Assembly (NCBI GenBank): GCA_041746255.1
Contig: JBGTHM010000102.1
Coordinates: 1 to 64,000, forward strand
Reading direction: 5' to 3'
DNA: 64,000 nucleotides
DNA from: Fibrobacteria bacterium
GTDB taxonomy: Bacteria > Fibrobacterota > Fibrobacteria > UBA11236
Made by a program: the position numbers and the translations under genes. This document shows positions 19,348 through 29,717 of the stretch, piece after piece; positions within the stretch are counted from its first letter, which is position 1; each line of letters starts with the position of its first letter. A model generated the notes under the pieces. That model searched no databases. It worked only from the letters and a program-made list of their open reading frames with translations, and was not told the DNA's origin.

Positions 19348-19841
19348 AAGAGATGCAAGTGGTGGAAGGCCGGGCGGTGGACGGAAATCTCTGGGTGAAA
19401 GACAAAAAGATTGGTATTGTGGTTTCCCGATTCAATTCGTTGGTGACGACTCCCTTACTGAATGGTGCCCTGGACGGCATCCTCCGTCACGGCGGCAAAA
19501 AGGAAGATGTCACCGCGGTTTGGGTGCCGGGCGCCTTCGAAATCCCCCAAACCGTTAAGGTGCTGGTGGATTCCGGCAAATACCAGGCGATAATCGGGCT
19601 CGGAGCCGTGATTCGCGGGGCGACCTCGCATTTCGACCAAGTCGTGCTGGGAGTAACGCGGGGCATGGCCGATATCGCCTTGCAAGCGACCATCCCGGTG
19701 ATATTCGGAGTTTTGACCACCGACAATCTGGAACAAGCTTTGGAGCGGGCCGGAAGCAAGGCCGGCAACAAAGGTTTCGACGCAGCCATGGCGGCGATTG
19801 AAATGGGAAGCGTTTTGGAACAGTTGAAGAAGTTGAGATAG
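19344..19841 (+). CDS. ribH: 6,7-dimethyl-8-ribityllumazine synthase
   Basis: SRFN, VPGAFEIP, GAVIRGATSHF, FGVLT, NKG. Confidence 0.96.
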   Translation: MKEMQVVEGRAVDGNLWVKDKKIGIVVSRFNSLVTTPLLNGALDGILRHGGKKEDVTAVWVPGAFEIPQTVKVLVDSGKYQAIIGLGAVIRGATSHFDQVVLGVTRGMADIALQATIPVIFGVLTTDNLEQALERAGSKAGNKGFDAAMAAIEMGSVLEQLKKLR

Positions 19842-19849
19842 GCGGCGCA

Positions 19850-20299
19850 TTGAATCTTTCCAGTGGAACCAACAAGAGAAATAACGCGCTTTCCGGTCGC
19901 AAGGGCCGGGAGTTCGCGCTGCAATTGGCCTATTCCATGGAAGTGGGAAGACAGGGACTGCCAGAATCTTTGAAAGGTGTCACCGATAGCCAGGTTTGGT
20001 CGGAAGAAGCACGTCTTTACGGCCTCACCCTGGCCGAAAAATACCTGGAAAACCAGGAATCCATCGAATCCGAAATCAAGTCGGCCGTGAGCCATTGGGA
20101 CGTGGACCGCATCGCGGTGGTGGATCGCCTGCTCATCTCGCTCGCCACCACGGAAATGCTCTACATGGCGGACGTTCCCGTAAAAGTATGCATCAGCGAG
20201 GCCATTAACCTGGCCAAAAAATATTCCACCGAACAGTCCGGCCGTTTCGTGAACGGCATTCTAGACGCCTTGGCTAAACGCCATTCCAATTTGCAGTAA
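19850..20299 (+). CDS. nusB: Transcription antitermination factor NusB
   Basis: REFALQLAY, VDR, EAINLAKKYS, FVNGILD; follows ribH. Confidence 0.93.
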   Translation: MNLSSGTNKRNNALSGRKGREFALQLAYSMEVGRQGLPESLKGVTDSQVWSEEARLYGLTLAEKYLENQESIESEIKSAVSHWDVDRIAVVDRLLISLATTEMLYMADVPVKVCISEAINLAKKYSTEQSGRFVNGILDALAKRHSNLQ

Positions 20300-20310
20300 A
20301 GGAAAAGTAT

Positions 20311-23199
20311 ATGTCCAGTGAACGAAAGTTACGATTGATCGGGGCGTTGGTTGCCTTCGGCGTGGCATTAATCACCTATTTGGTGACCTTGGCGCCGACG
20401 CTTTCCTTCTGGGATTGCGGTGAGTTTATCGCTGCCGCCAACATTCTGGGCATTCCCCATCCTCCCGGCACGCCGTTTTTCATAATCCTGGCCAAGGGAT
20501 TTATCGACTTCATGCCCTTCGAAGACATCGCCAAGCGCGTCAATTTCATTTCGGCGCTGACCAGCGCGCTCACCGTGATGATGGTTTTTCTCTTCACCGG
20601 AAAACTGTTGTCCTTCGTCTTGCGCGACAAGGCAAGCCGCATTGCCATTTTCAGCGCCGCTCTGGGAGCCGCGTTCCTGGTCACCTTTTCCGATACCGTC
20701 TGGTTCAACGCCGTAGAAGCCGAAGTGTATGGCGCGGCCATGTTTTTCATCATGACCATCTCGTATTTGTCCCTGCTGTGGGTGGAAAACCGCAATACCC
20801 CGCAAGGCGCGCGCTACCTTATTTTCATTTGCTATCTCGCCTTTCTCGGCGTGGGTCTTCATCTGTACACCATGATGACCATTCCCGCCATATTCGTCCT
20901 TATGCTCCTGGTGGACAAGGAAAGCCGGCGTAATTGGCCGCTATGGATTACGGGCGTGATGTTGATGTCGGTCATCTACGATATCGGCGACTCCTATTTC
21001 TACAGCCTCGGAATGCTGGTCGTCTGCCTGGCTCTTATTCCCATGTCTACCAATCCCATTTGGCGCTCCCGCTGGAAATTCTGCAGTTGGCTGTGCCTGG
21101 CGGCGGTAATCGGGTTTTCCACCCATGCCTATATTCCCATTCGTTCCTCTCTCAATCCTCGTATCGACGAGAACAATCCCGAAACCTATGTCGCCTTCAA
21201 GGAGTTTCTGGAGCGGAAACAATACGGGTCGGAGTCCATGCTCAAGCGGGCCTTCCATAGGCGCGGCCAACTTTTGAACCAGGTGCTCACCCATCCGCAC
21301 ATGGGATACGGCGGCTACATGATCGCCCAATATTTGCCCTGGAAGGTGGGCGACCTCCGAGCGGAGGAAAGCGGCGGCATCAAGCGCGGAGATTTGACTT
21401 TTAAAACCCAGATGGATTTTATGGGTAACAATAAGTCCTTTCAGATGTTGTTCTTTCTGCTTCTGCATATACCCATCGGTTACGGCCTGTTACAACTCTA
21501 CCGGAGAAACCGCGCCCTCGGCATTTACCTGGGCCTGTTGTACGGATTCAGTTCTTTCGGGCTTATCTTTTACATGAATTTCGCCGATGGCACCCGCATG
21601 GAAATGCGCGACTGGCAATATTGGCAGGAAAGCGGCCAGAATCCCAGCGCCAAACCTCCCAATGTGCATATGGAGGTCAGGGAACGCGATTACTTTTATA
21701 CGCCGGCATTCATCTTCATGAGCGTGCTCTTCGGAATGGCCATGGCCTTTTTATTGGAGTGGGTGCGTCGGCAAAGGGGCGGCCATGCCGGTGGCGCGGT
21801 CAAGGCGGCGGCCATCGCCCTCTTGGTCATCGCCGCAGGAGTTCCCGCCTTCTCTAACTATAAAGAGCACAATCGCACGGGCATGTACGTTCCGTGGGAT
21901 TATGCCTATAACCTGCTCATGTCGTGCCGCCCCAATAGCGTGCTTTTCACCAACGGCGACAACGACACCTTTCCCCTGTGGTATATGCAGGAGGTCGAGA
22001 ACATCCGCATGGATGTGAAAGTGGTGAACCTCTCCCTCGTGAATACCAATTGGTATATCCACCAGTTGCGGATGCACGATCCCAAACTGGTTTTGGGATT
22101 CAGCTCCGAGGAAATCGACAGGCTGCAGCCGCAACCGTGGCAATTCGAGAAGCCCGTGCCGTGGAATGTTCCCAAGACCAACGTGTCCCTCGAATTGCAG
22201 CCCCGCTCCTACCTCAAGGTTCAGGATATCATGGTGCTTAACATCGTGCAGAATAATTTTCCCGCGCGCCCCATACATTTCGCGGTTACGGTATCCGAAG
22301 ACAACATGATGGGACTGCAGGAATTCCTCGTCATGGAAGGCATGGTTTACACTTTGACTGAGGAGAAGAAAAACAGGGAAATCAACGTGGAACGGACGGC
22401 CCACCTGGTGGATTCCATTTACCGCTTCCGTGGACTGGGAGACGGTTCCACCTATATCGATTCCGATACCGAGGGTTTGCTGACCAATTATTCCTCCACC
22501 AATTTCAAACTGGTTTCATATGCCCAGGATAAGGTTCGTGAACTCGACCAGCAAATCAAACAGATGGAAGCGTCCTCATCCGCCGCGGATTTAGGCGATG
22601 GGAATAAAAACCAAGCATTGGCCGACTTGCGGCTCAAGCGCAGCGACATGGTGGCCTTCGGCGAGAAATACTTCGAGTTGAATGCCAGAATCCTTCCCAA
22701 CGAATGGCGCAACCATTATTTCGGTGGCCAGTTCTTCGTCACCGTAGGCCGCCTGGATTTGGCGGAAAAGCAATACCGCCTCGGGGCGGAGAAGGCGCCT
22801 AGTCCCAAATTGTTCGCCGTGAACTTGGCCCAACTCTTTCAAGACCAACAGAAATACGCGCAAGCCGAAAGCCTATTGGTCGAATGGACGGCCCGGTTTC
22901 CCGACGATTTCGAGTTGAACTACGCCTTGAGCGAGGCCCATCAACGACGAGGGCAAATGGACAAGGCCCGTAACGTCCTGGCAAATTGGCTGAAAACCAG
23001 CCCCGGCCACCAATACGCGCCGGTAATCGCCCAACAACTCGAGTTCATGGTTGCTCCGGATATTCGTGAACCGGAGAGCGAATCCGTTCCCGCCCTGCCG
23101 GGCGCGGACTCAATTGACGAGGGCATTCCCATACCGGCTGCCGGAGAGGATTCGGCGGAAGCCGCACCCGGCGACGCTACATTCCCGGACAATGGCTAA
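20311..23199 (+). CDS. DUF2723 / TMEM260-family GT-C glycosyltransferase with C-terminal TPRs
   Basis: PTLSFWDCGEF, HPPGTP, AVEAEVY, RERDYFY, NGDNDTFPLWY; many TM helices; TPR-like C-terminus. Confidence 0.85.
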   Translation: MSSERKLRLIGALVAFGVALITYLVTLAPTLSFWDCGEFIAAANILGIPHPPGTPFFIILAKGFIDFMPFEDIAKRVNFISALTSALTVMMVFLFTGKLLSFVLRDKASRIAIFSAALGAAFLVTFSDTVWFNAVEAEVYGAAMFFIMTISYLSLLWVENRNTPQGARYLIFICYLAFLGVGLHLYTMMTIPAIFVLMLLVDKESRRNWPLWITGVMLMSVIYDIGDSYFYSLGMLVVCLALIPMSTNPIWRSRWKFCSWLCLAAVIGFSTHAYIPIRSSLNPRIDENNPETYVAFKEFLERKQYGSESMLKRAFHRRGQLLNQVLTHPHMGYGGYMIAQYLPWKVGDLRAEESGGIKRGDLTFKTQMDFMGNNKSFQMLFFLLLHIPIGYGLLQLYRRNRALGIYLGLLYGFSSFGLIFYMNFADGTRMEMRDWQYWQESGQNPSAKPPNVHMEVRERDYFYTPAFIFMSVLFGMAMAFLLEWVRRQRGGHAGGAVKAAAIALLVIAAGVPAFSNYKEHNRTGMYVPWDYAYNLLMSCRPNSVLFTNGDNDTFPLWYMQEVENIRMDVKVVNLSLVNTNWYIHQLRMHDPKLVLGFSSEEIDRLQPQPWQFEKPVPWNVPKTNVSLELQPRSYLKVQDIMVLNIVQNNFPARPIHFAVTVSEDNMMGLQEFLVMEGMVYTLTEEKKNREINVERTAHLVDSIYRFRGLGDGSTYIDSDTEGLLTNYSSTNFKLVSYAQDKVRELDQQIKQMEASSSAADLGDGNKNQALADLRLKRSDMVAFGEKYFELNARILPNEWRNHYFGGQFFVTVGRLDLAEKQYRLGAEKAPSPKLFAVNLAQLFQDQQKYAQAESLLVEWTARFPDDFELNYALSEAHQRRGQMDKARNVLANWLKTSPGHQYAPVIAQQLEFMVAPDIREPESESVPALPGADSIDEGIPIPAAGEDSAEAAPGDATFPDNG

Positions 23200-24331
23200 C
23201 CCCGCAATATCCGGCAGCGAAAGACGCCTATTGATTGTCAATTGGCGCGATCCTCGCAATCCTGAGGCCGGAGGCGCGGAAGTCCATTTGCATGAAGTGG
23301 CCCGGCGGCTGTGTGGGTCGGGTTGGCAGTGCGTGCAATACTCCCATTTTTTCCCGGGAGCCCCGAGGCATGAAATTCTGGACGGAGTGCACGTCCACCG
23401 AGTGGGTGGAAAATTTTTCTTCAACTTCACGGTATGGTTCCGGGTGCGCTCCTGGATTATGCGCCACCGTCCCGACGCCGTTCTCGACGACTCTAATAAG
23501 GTCCCCTTTTTCCTTCCCTTGTTGACCTCGCTTCCCGTTGTCGCACAAATCCATCATTTATTCGGGAAAGTCCTTTTCAAGGAAACGTCTCCCCCCTTGG
23601 CGCTGTATATTCTTGGGCTGGAAACCTTGATGCCCTTCATCTACCGTAACACGCCGGTGCTGACCGGTTCGGAAAGCAGCCGCAGAGAGCTGCTGCGAAA
23701 AGGTTTCCGCCGGGTAGCTATCGCCCCTGAGGGCGCGGACCTGTCCCATTACCGACCTATGGCGGGAGTGGCTAAAATTCCCGGGCGCCTGGTCTATGTG
23801 GGACGTATCAAACGTTATAAGAAGCTGGACGCGGTGTTGGAAGCTATGCTTATCCTGGCCTTGCGGTTCCCGCATGTTTCCCTCCACGTTGCGGGCAGCG
23901 GAGACGATTTGCCGCGCTTGCGAGATCGTGTTCAGCGCCATGAAGGGCTGCGCAATCGCGTCCGGTTTTTGGGATTCGTGGATGAAACGGTAAAGGTGAG
24001 GCTATACAGCGAGGCGGAAGTGGTCGTCAATTCATCCTTGAAAGAAGGGTGGGGCCTCACTTCCATTGAAGCCAATGCTTGCGGAACCCCGGTGGTGGCT
24101 ACCGACGTCCCCGGTTTGTGCGATAGCGTTGTGGACGAAAAGACGGGATTTCTGGTGCCTTTCGGTGACGGTGAAGCCTTTGCGCATGCCATTGGTCGAA
24201 TCCTGGGAGACTCCGCCCTGGCTGCGCGTATGCGCGAGGAAGGCCTGGCCTGGGCCGCACGCCACACCTGGGAAGGCGCGTATGTCGCGACCCGCGACGC
24301 GCTGCTTAAGGCTATGGTGGAGAAAGCTTGA
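23192..24331 (+). CDS. Glycosyltransferase family 4
   Basis: AGGAEVH, YVGRIKRYK, EGWGLTSIEANACGTPVV. Start at ATG 23192. Confidence 0.9.
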   Translation: MANPAISGSERRLLIVNWRDPRNPEAGGAEVHLHEVARRLCGSGWQCVQYSHFFPGAPRHEILDGVHVHRVGGKFFFNFTVWFRVRSWIMRHRPDAVLDDSNKVPFFLPLLTSLPVVAQIHHLFGKVLFKETSPPLALYILGLETLMPFIYRNTPVLTGSESSRRELLRKGFRRVAIAPEGADLSHYRPMAGVAKIPGRLVYVGRIKRYKKLDAVLEAMLILALRFPHVSLHVAGSGDDLPRLRDRVQRHEGLRNRVRFLGFVDETVKVRLYSEAEVVVNSSLKEGWGLTSIEANACGTPVVATDVPGLCDSVVDEKTGFLVPFGDGEAFAHAIGRILGDSALAARMREEGLAWAARHTWEGAYVATRDALLKAMVEKA

Positions 24332-25383
24332 CTACCGCCGTGAAAACAGGATCTCCATCACGACAAAAAAGGCGTTCCTTGATCTGGTTTCTCATGCGGC
24401 TGGTGATCGTGTCCGCGCTGCTCTTTTTCGTCATCCGCAAAAACGGGGGAGTGGCCATACTCCATTCCATTTCCTCCGCCGACCCGTTCTGGGTGGCCAT
24501 GGCGGCCTTAAGCTTTTTTCTTTCCATCGTGGCCGGCGCTTATCAATGGTATTTGTTGCTGAAATACCAGGGCCTCGAATACACTTATCCCTCCAGCTTC
24601 AGAACATACTATGCGGGCCTTTTCTTCAGCAATTTTTTGCCGGGTACGGTGGGTGGAGACGCCTTGCGGGTTTACGAGGTTCAGAAATCCACGGCCGAAA
24701 TGGGAAAGGTGTTGGCGGCCACGGTATTGGATCGTCTTTTCGGCTTTTTCGTACTTTCGCTTTTCGCCCTTATCGCCGTACTTTTAAGCCTCGGGCAAGA
24801 ATCGTTGCAAATGGAGGATTTCCGTTACCTGCTGTCCACGGTGGGTTTCGTATTCATCTGTTTCGTAGGCGTCTTATTTCTCCTTTTAAGTCGAAGGGTA
24901 TCTGGGCATATTCATGCGCTCATCCGGCGCCTGGGTTTTAAATGGTTGGACGACACCTATTCCCGCGTACAGGCTCTTTGCCTGGCTTATCGGTCGCAGC
25001 ACACCCGCATGGCCAAGGTATTGCTGGTGTCTTCGGTGGTGCAAATTTTACGCATCAATGTGCATTGGTTCGCCGCCCTGGGGCTGGGAATAGTCATATC
25101 GCCGGTATTCTTTTTCTGCTTCATTCCCATCATTGCCTTGGCGGGAGTGATTCCCCTCAATGTAGGGGGGTGGGGTATTCCGCAAAGCATCGGGACTTTT
25201 CTGTACACTCTTCCTGGAGTGATACATAATCTCTCGGATGATGTTTCTATGGGAGCTCCGGCGGCGGCCCTGGCCTTTTTACCCTCGGTCGTGGGCTTCG
25301 TTGTCATGGTGGGAGGAGGTTTTTACTTTGTGTTCCGGAAAACCATTGTCCCTCCTCACTCCGGAAGGGAGTCCGCCTCTTGA
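24328..25383 (+). CDS. Lysylphosphatidylglycerol-synthase TM-region (flippase-like) membrane protein
   Basis: FFSNFLPGTVGGDALR, LDRLFG, IPLNVGGWG. Confidence 0.8.
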   Translation: MTTAVKTGSPSRQKRRSLIWFLMRLVIVSALLFFVIRKNGGVAILHSISSADPFWVAMAALSFFLSIVAGAYQWYLLLKYQGLEYTYPSSFRTYYAGLFFSNFLPGTVGGDALRVYEVQKSTAEMGKVLAATVLDRLFGFFVLSLFALIAVLLSLGQESLQMEDFRYLLSTVGFVFICFVGVLFLLLSRRVSGHIHALIRRLGFKWLDDTYSRVQALCLAYRSQHTRMAKVLLVSSVVQILRINVHWFAALGLGIVISPVFFFCFIPIIALAGVIPLNVGGWGIPQSIGTFLYTLPGVIHNLSDDVSMGAPAAALAFLPSVVGFVVMVGGGFYFVFRKTIVPPHSGRESAS

Positions 25384-26393
25384 CCCTTTCCATTGTCATA
25401 CCCGCTTATAACGAAGCCGAAAGCCTGCCCCGGCTCTTTCAGGAAATCACGGAAGTGTGCGAAGGTCTCGACATCGCATATGAAGTGCTGGTGGTAGACG
25501 ACGGAAGCCGAGACGGTACCTTCGAGGTGGTGGAGCTCGAATCGGCGCGCGACTCCCGCATACGCGGAATCCGGTTCCGGCGCAATTGCGGCAAGGCCGC
25601 GGCTTTGAGCGAAGGTTTCCAGCGATGCCGGGGCGAATTCATCGTCACCCTGGACGCCGACCTCCAGGATAATCCCGCCGAAATCCCCGACATATTGCAG
25701 AGGTTGCGGGCCGGGGCGGATCTCGTCTCAGGCTGGAAGAAAAAACGCTACGATCCGCTGCATAAAACCCTGCCTTCCAAATTTTTCAACGCCGTTACCT
25801 CCCAGGTCGCCGGCCTCAAGCTGCATGATTTCAATTGCGGGTTGAAAGGCTATCGCCGCGAGGTGGTGGAGGATTTGGCGCTCTACGGAGAACTGCACCG
25901 TTACATTCCCGTGTTGGCGCATTGGAACGGATTCAAGGTGGAGGAAAAAGTGGTCGAGCATCGCCCCCGGAAATTCGGGCAGTCGAAATACGGCCTTTCG
26001 CGGCTTTCCAATGGAATGTTCGACCTTATCACCTTAATCTTTCTGCATCGCTATACGCGCCGTCCCTTGCATCTGTTTGGTTTCGTGGGCCTGCTCTTCA
26101 CATTACTCGGATTTTCCATTTTGAGCTTCTTCGCCCTGGACTGGGTAGTGACGGGAGCTCTGCATGTGCGACCCCTTATGCTGGGCGGAGTAGCCTCGGT
26201 TATCGTGGGTATTCAATTTATTTCCTTCGGGCTGCTGGGCGAGATGCTCAACCATCGGTTTTCCGATTTGCGATATCCCGTCGCTTCGGAAACAGGCGGC
26301 GGCGGTGGCCTCGCCGATGCTTCGCAATCCCCTTTCGCGCGACCCGCTTCTCACGATGCCATTCACCCCATCTCTCCCGAACAAGCTTCGTGA
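25380..26393 (+). CDS. GT2, polyprenol-phosphate glycosyltransferase (ArnC/GtrB-like) with 2 TM helices
   Basis: IPAYNE, VDDGSRD, LDADLQD, HDFNCG; C-terminal TM hairpin. Confidence 0.88.
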   Translation: MTLSIVIPAYNEAESLPRLFQEITEVCEGLDIAYEVLVVDDGSRDGTFEVVELESARDSRIRGIRFRRNCGKAAALSEGFQRCRGEFIVTLDADLQDNPAEIPDILQRLRAGADLVSGWKKKRYDPLHKTLPSKFFNAVTSQVAGLKLHDFNCGLKGYRREVVEDLALYGELHRYIPVLAHWNGFKVEEKVVEHRPRKFGQSKYGLSRLSNGMFDLITLIFLHRYTRRPLHLFGFVGLLFTLLGFSILSFFALDWVVTGALHVRPLMLGGVASVIVGIQFISFGLLGEMLNHRFSDLRYPVASETGGGGGLADASQSPFARPASHDAIHPISPEQAS

Positions 26394-27262
26394 AGATATT
26401 GCTGATAGGTTGCAGCGGGCTGCTTGGGCAGAACCTGCTGCGAACGGCCCCCGACTCCCTGATAATCGAAGGCGCGGGCCTGGAACCTGAACCGGCCTTA
26501 CCGGAAAATCTGCAAGGTTACGCACCTTTGGATATTTCCGTCGCCGCCGATATTGAAAAACGCGTGAAGGCTTCCAATCCGGACTTCATAATCAACGCGG
26601 CGGCCTATACCGATGTGGACGGGTGTGAACGCAATCCGTCCCTCAGTCATACCCTGAACCGGGATGCCGTGGCCAGCATGGCCGCTACCGGCGTTCCCAT
26701 GTTACAGGTTTCCTCCGATTATGTCTTTGACGGTGAAAACGGTCCCTATGCGGAGGAGGATGACACCCATCCCTTAAGCGTCTATGGACAAGACAAATTG
26801 GCTTCCGAAACACCCGTGTTAAGCGGTAATCCGAATTCGCTGGTGGTCCGGACCATGACTTTATGGGGACGCGGGCGTGGAATGAAAACCAGCTTCGTGG
26901 ACTTTGTGAAGGGTAGCCTGGAACAGGGAAAACCGATACGCATCGTCACCGATCAATTCGGCAACCCTACCTTGGCCGAGGATTTGGCCCAGGGAATTTG
27001 GAAGTTGATAACGGAGGGTCACTCAGGCCTGTTCCACCTCGCGGGGTCCGAATGGAACAGCCGTTTTGAATGGGCCGTAGCCATCGCCCAATATTACGGT
27101 TTGGATGCTTCGCTTATTGAACCCTGCCTCACGGCTGATTTGCGGCAGCTTGCGCGCCGTCCGCTCAAATCGGGTTTCCGCATCGATAAGCTGGTCCATG
27201 CAACGGGTTTTAGGCCCGGTAACGTCGTAGCACAATTGCAACGCGTTCAGGCACCGGATTAA
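26390..27262 (+). CDS. rfbD: dTDP-4-dehydrorhamnose reductase (RmlD-like SDR)
   Basis: GCSGLLG, AAYTDVDGCE, SSDYVFDG, YGQDK, DQFGNPT. GTG at 26390 overlaps the upstream TGA. Confidence 0.85.
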   Translation: MKILLIGCSGLLGQNLLRTAPDSLIIEGAGLEPEPALPENLQGYAPLDISVAADIEKRVKASNPDFIINAAAYTDVDGCERNPSLSHTLNRDAVASMAATGVPMLQVSSDYVFDGENGPYAEEDDTHPLSVYGQDKLASETPVLSGNPNSLVVRTMTLWGRGRGMKTSFVDFVKGSLEQGKPIRIVTDQFGNPTLAEDLAQGIWKLITEGHSGLFHLAGSEWNSRFEWAVAIAQYYGLDASLIEPCLTADLRQLARRPLKSGFRIDKLVHATGFRPGNVVAQLQRVQAPD

Positions 27263-27340
27263 CCGGTGTCCGCTTTTATATATTGATCCGATTCACAATA
27301 TCGGCCTGGGCCGATATGCATTTTACCGAGGGAGGCTAGG

Positions 27341-28045
27341 GTGGCCCAAGGGCTCATCGTCATACCTACTTATAACGAGATCGAAAATCTGCCTAGACTC
27401 GTCAAAACCATCGCCGAGACAGGCCACGACCTCGATATACTGGTAGTGGACGATAATTCTCCCGACGGCACCGGCGCCTGGGCCGAAAAAGAGTCGGAGG
27501 AAAACCCCCGTCTCCATGTCCTGCGAAGGGCCGGCAAAATGGGTTTGGGAAGCGCCTATGTGGCGGGATTTCAATTCGCCTTGGAAAAGGGCTATGACCT
27601 GGTTTTCGAAATGGATGCGGATTTTTCCCATAACCCCATGTATTTGGTCGATTTTCTGGAAAAAATCAAGGATTATGACCTGGTACTGGGAAGCCGGTAT
27701 ATCCAGGGCGTGAATGTGGTGAATTGGCCTATGAGCCGCCTCTTGCTCAGCTATTTCGCCAATATGTATGCTCGCTGGGTGACGGGAATGCCGATACAGG
27801 ACGCCACCGGTGGATTCAAGTGTATCCGGACCGCGGCTTTACGCGAATTGGATTTGTCCTTGATTCGTTCGGACGGCTACTCCTTTCAAATCGAAGTCAG
27901 TTTCAAGCTTTGGAAAAAAGGCTTCCGCATCAAAGAAATCCCCATCATCTTCATGGACAGAACGGCCGGCGTTTCCAAAATGTCAGGAAAAATCGTCAAG
28001 GAAGCCCTATTCTTGCTCATTCGACTCCGTTTGGGAAGGGTTTAA
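27341..28045 (+). CDS. Polyprenol monophosphomannose synthase (DPM1/Ppm1-like GT2)
   Basis: IPTYNE, VVDDNSPDGT, GLGSAY, EMDADFSH, DATGGF, GYSFQIE, SKMS. Confidence 0.88.
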   Translation: MAQGLIVIPTYNEIENLPRLVKTIAETGHDLDILVVDDNSPDGTGAWAEKESEENPRLHVLRRAGKMGLGSAYVAGFQFALEKGYDLVFEMDADFSHNPMYLVDFLEKIKDYDLVLGSRYIQGVNVVNWPMSRLLLSYFANMYARWVTGMPIQDATGGFKCIRTAALRELDLSLIRSDGYSFQIEVSFKLWKKGFRIKEIPIIFMDRTAGVSKMSGKIVKEALFLLIRLRLGRV

Positions 28046-29658
28046 TGGACCCTTCGGAAGCACCGGGCATTTCCGTAGTCATAGTCTCCTACAATGTCCG
28101 AGAATACCTGGACGCATGCTTGCAGAGCATCCAGCACGCGGCGCGGCGATTTTCCGGCCAAGTGGAAATCATCGTATTCGATAATGATTCGCGGGATGGA
28201 ACCCTTCAGTTACTGAAACCCAGGTATCCCCAAGCCTTATGGTTGGCCTCGGATCGGAATCTCGGTTTCGGGTCGGGGTGCAATCGGGGAGCCGCTTTGG
28301 CCACCCAACCCCTGTTACTGTTTTTGAATCCGGATACGCTGGTCAGCGAAAACACTTTTTCGGTGATGTGGGATTTTTTTCAATCGCAGGAAAACATCGG
28401 CGTAGCGGGATGCAAAATCGTGAACCGTGACGGTAGTTTACAACTGGCCTGTAAACGAAGCTTCCCCTCGCCGCAAGTGGCCGCCTACAAATTCATGGGG
28501 CTGTCCGGTCTTTTCCCGAAAAGCCGGGTTTTTGGAAGGTATAACCTCACCTTTTTGGATGAGAATAAAACCCACGAAGTGGACGCGGTATCGGGTTCGT
28601 TCCTGTGCGTGGAACGGTCGCTGTACGCGGAAGTGGGGGGGTTCGACGAAGATTTTTTCATGTACGGAGAGGACCTCGATATTTGCTTCCGTATCAAACT
28701 GTTGGGCAAGCGTAATTTCTACCATCCCGCTACCAGCGTCATACATTTCAAGGGGGAGAGCGCCAAGAGTAAGCCGTTCAAATCCTTCGTGTACTTTTAC
28801 GAGGCCATGATCATTTTTTCGCGCAAGCATTTCGAATTGCGGGTGCTTCCGCTTTTTGTTTTCTACTTGGGCGCCACTTTGTTGGCCTTCAGTAATTTTA
28901 TTTCCACCCGTTTGCAAAAATGGCCGCGGTGGCTGATTGATCTGGCCCTGGTGAACGGTATCATGGCGGGTACCGCTTACGCCTATATGAGATACATGCT
29001 TACTCCGCATCTAATCCTAAGCGACCGAAACCTTTACCTGTTCTGGCATTTGCTGGTATCGCTTTTCGTTGTCTTGCCCCTGGCTTATCTCGGCGACTAT
29101 GGCCGGCGACTTCCCAAGGTCCGTACGGTCTTATATACCCTGACCGGTTCCTTCTTGTTTTTTTTCGCCTTGGGTTATTTTATTCGCGAAGGATACTATT
29201 CCCGCATCGTGTTCGGGGCGACCGGCTTATTGAGCATTATCGCCTTGTCCGGATGGCGCACCCTGATTACCCATGGGGGTCATTTTCTAGGTAAAATCAT
29301 GGGTTCCATGAAACGCGTAGCCATCATCGGCCTAAACGACCGCGCCCGCCAGTTGGCGGATTTGATGGAGAATGAAAAGCTGCGGGGCTATGAATTCGTC
29401 GGTTTCCTGAGTCTAACGCCTCCCATCCGACTCAGCCAGGAAATGCGGAGAAACTTCATTGGAGACATAAGTTCTCTGCCCTCATTGGCTAAAAAAGTGG
29501 AATTGGACCAAGTCATCGTTGCGGTGGAGGAGGGGGCCTATCAGGCCGCTTTGCAAATTCTGTCGGAAAACCTCTCAGGGTCGATGGAGGTCAAATTGTT
29601 GGTGGGAGAACCCCAGGCTGGATCTATTTCGTTGGTTGACTTAAATTTTGGAAAATGA
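28045..29658 (+). CDS. GT2 glycosyltransferase fused to TM helices and a Rossmann-like domain
   Basis: VIVSYN, DNDSRDG, LNPDT, FDEDFFMYGEDLD; TM helices; C-terminal RVAIIG domain. ATG 28045 (TAATG overlap). Confidence 0.82.
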   Translation: MDPSEAPGISVVIVSYNVREYLDACLQSIQHAARRFSGQVEIIVFDNDSRDGTLQLLKPRYPQALWLASDRNLGFGSGCNRGAALATQPLLLFLNPDTLVSENTFSVMWDFFQSQENIGVAGCKIVNRDGSLQLACKRSFPSPQVAAYKFMGLSGLFPKSRVFGRYNLTFLDENKTHEVDAVSGSFLCVERSLYAEVGGFDEDFFMYGEDLDICFRIKLLGKRNFYHPATSVIHFKGESAKSKPFKSFVYFYEAMIIFSRKHFELRVLPLFVFYLGATLLAFSNFISTRLQKWPRWLIDLALVNGIMAGTAYAYMRYMLTPHLILSDRNLYLFWHLLVSLFVVLPLAYLGDYGRRLPKVRTVLYTLTGSFLFFFALGYFIREGYYSRIVFGATGLLSIIALSGWRTLITHGGHFLGKIMGSMKRVAIIGLNDRARQLADLMENEKLRGYEFVGFLSLTPPIRLSQEMRRNFIGDISSLPSLAKKVELDQVIVAVEEGAYQAALQILSENLSGSMEVKLLVGEPQAGSISLVDLNFGK

Positions 29659-29717
29659 GAAAACGCCGGAAAATGCCGTCGTGTAAAGGCATTTTTGTCT
29701 GGAAAGGATATTAGTCC

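Noticed and set aside
27298..27317. Hairpin ATATCGGC-CTGG-GCCGATAT before the DPM1-like gene
   Set aside because: A real 8-bp stem, but with a weak U-tract; terminator versus leader structure cannot be decided.
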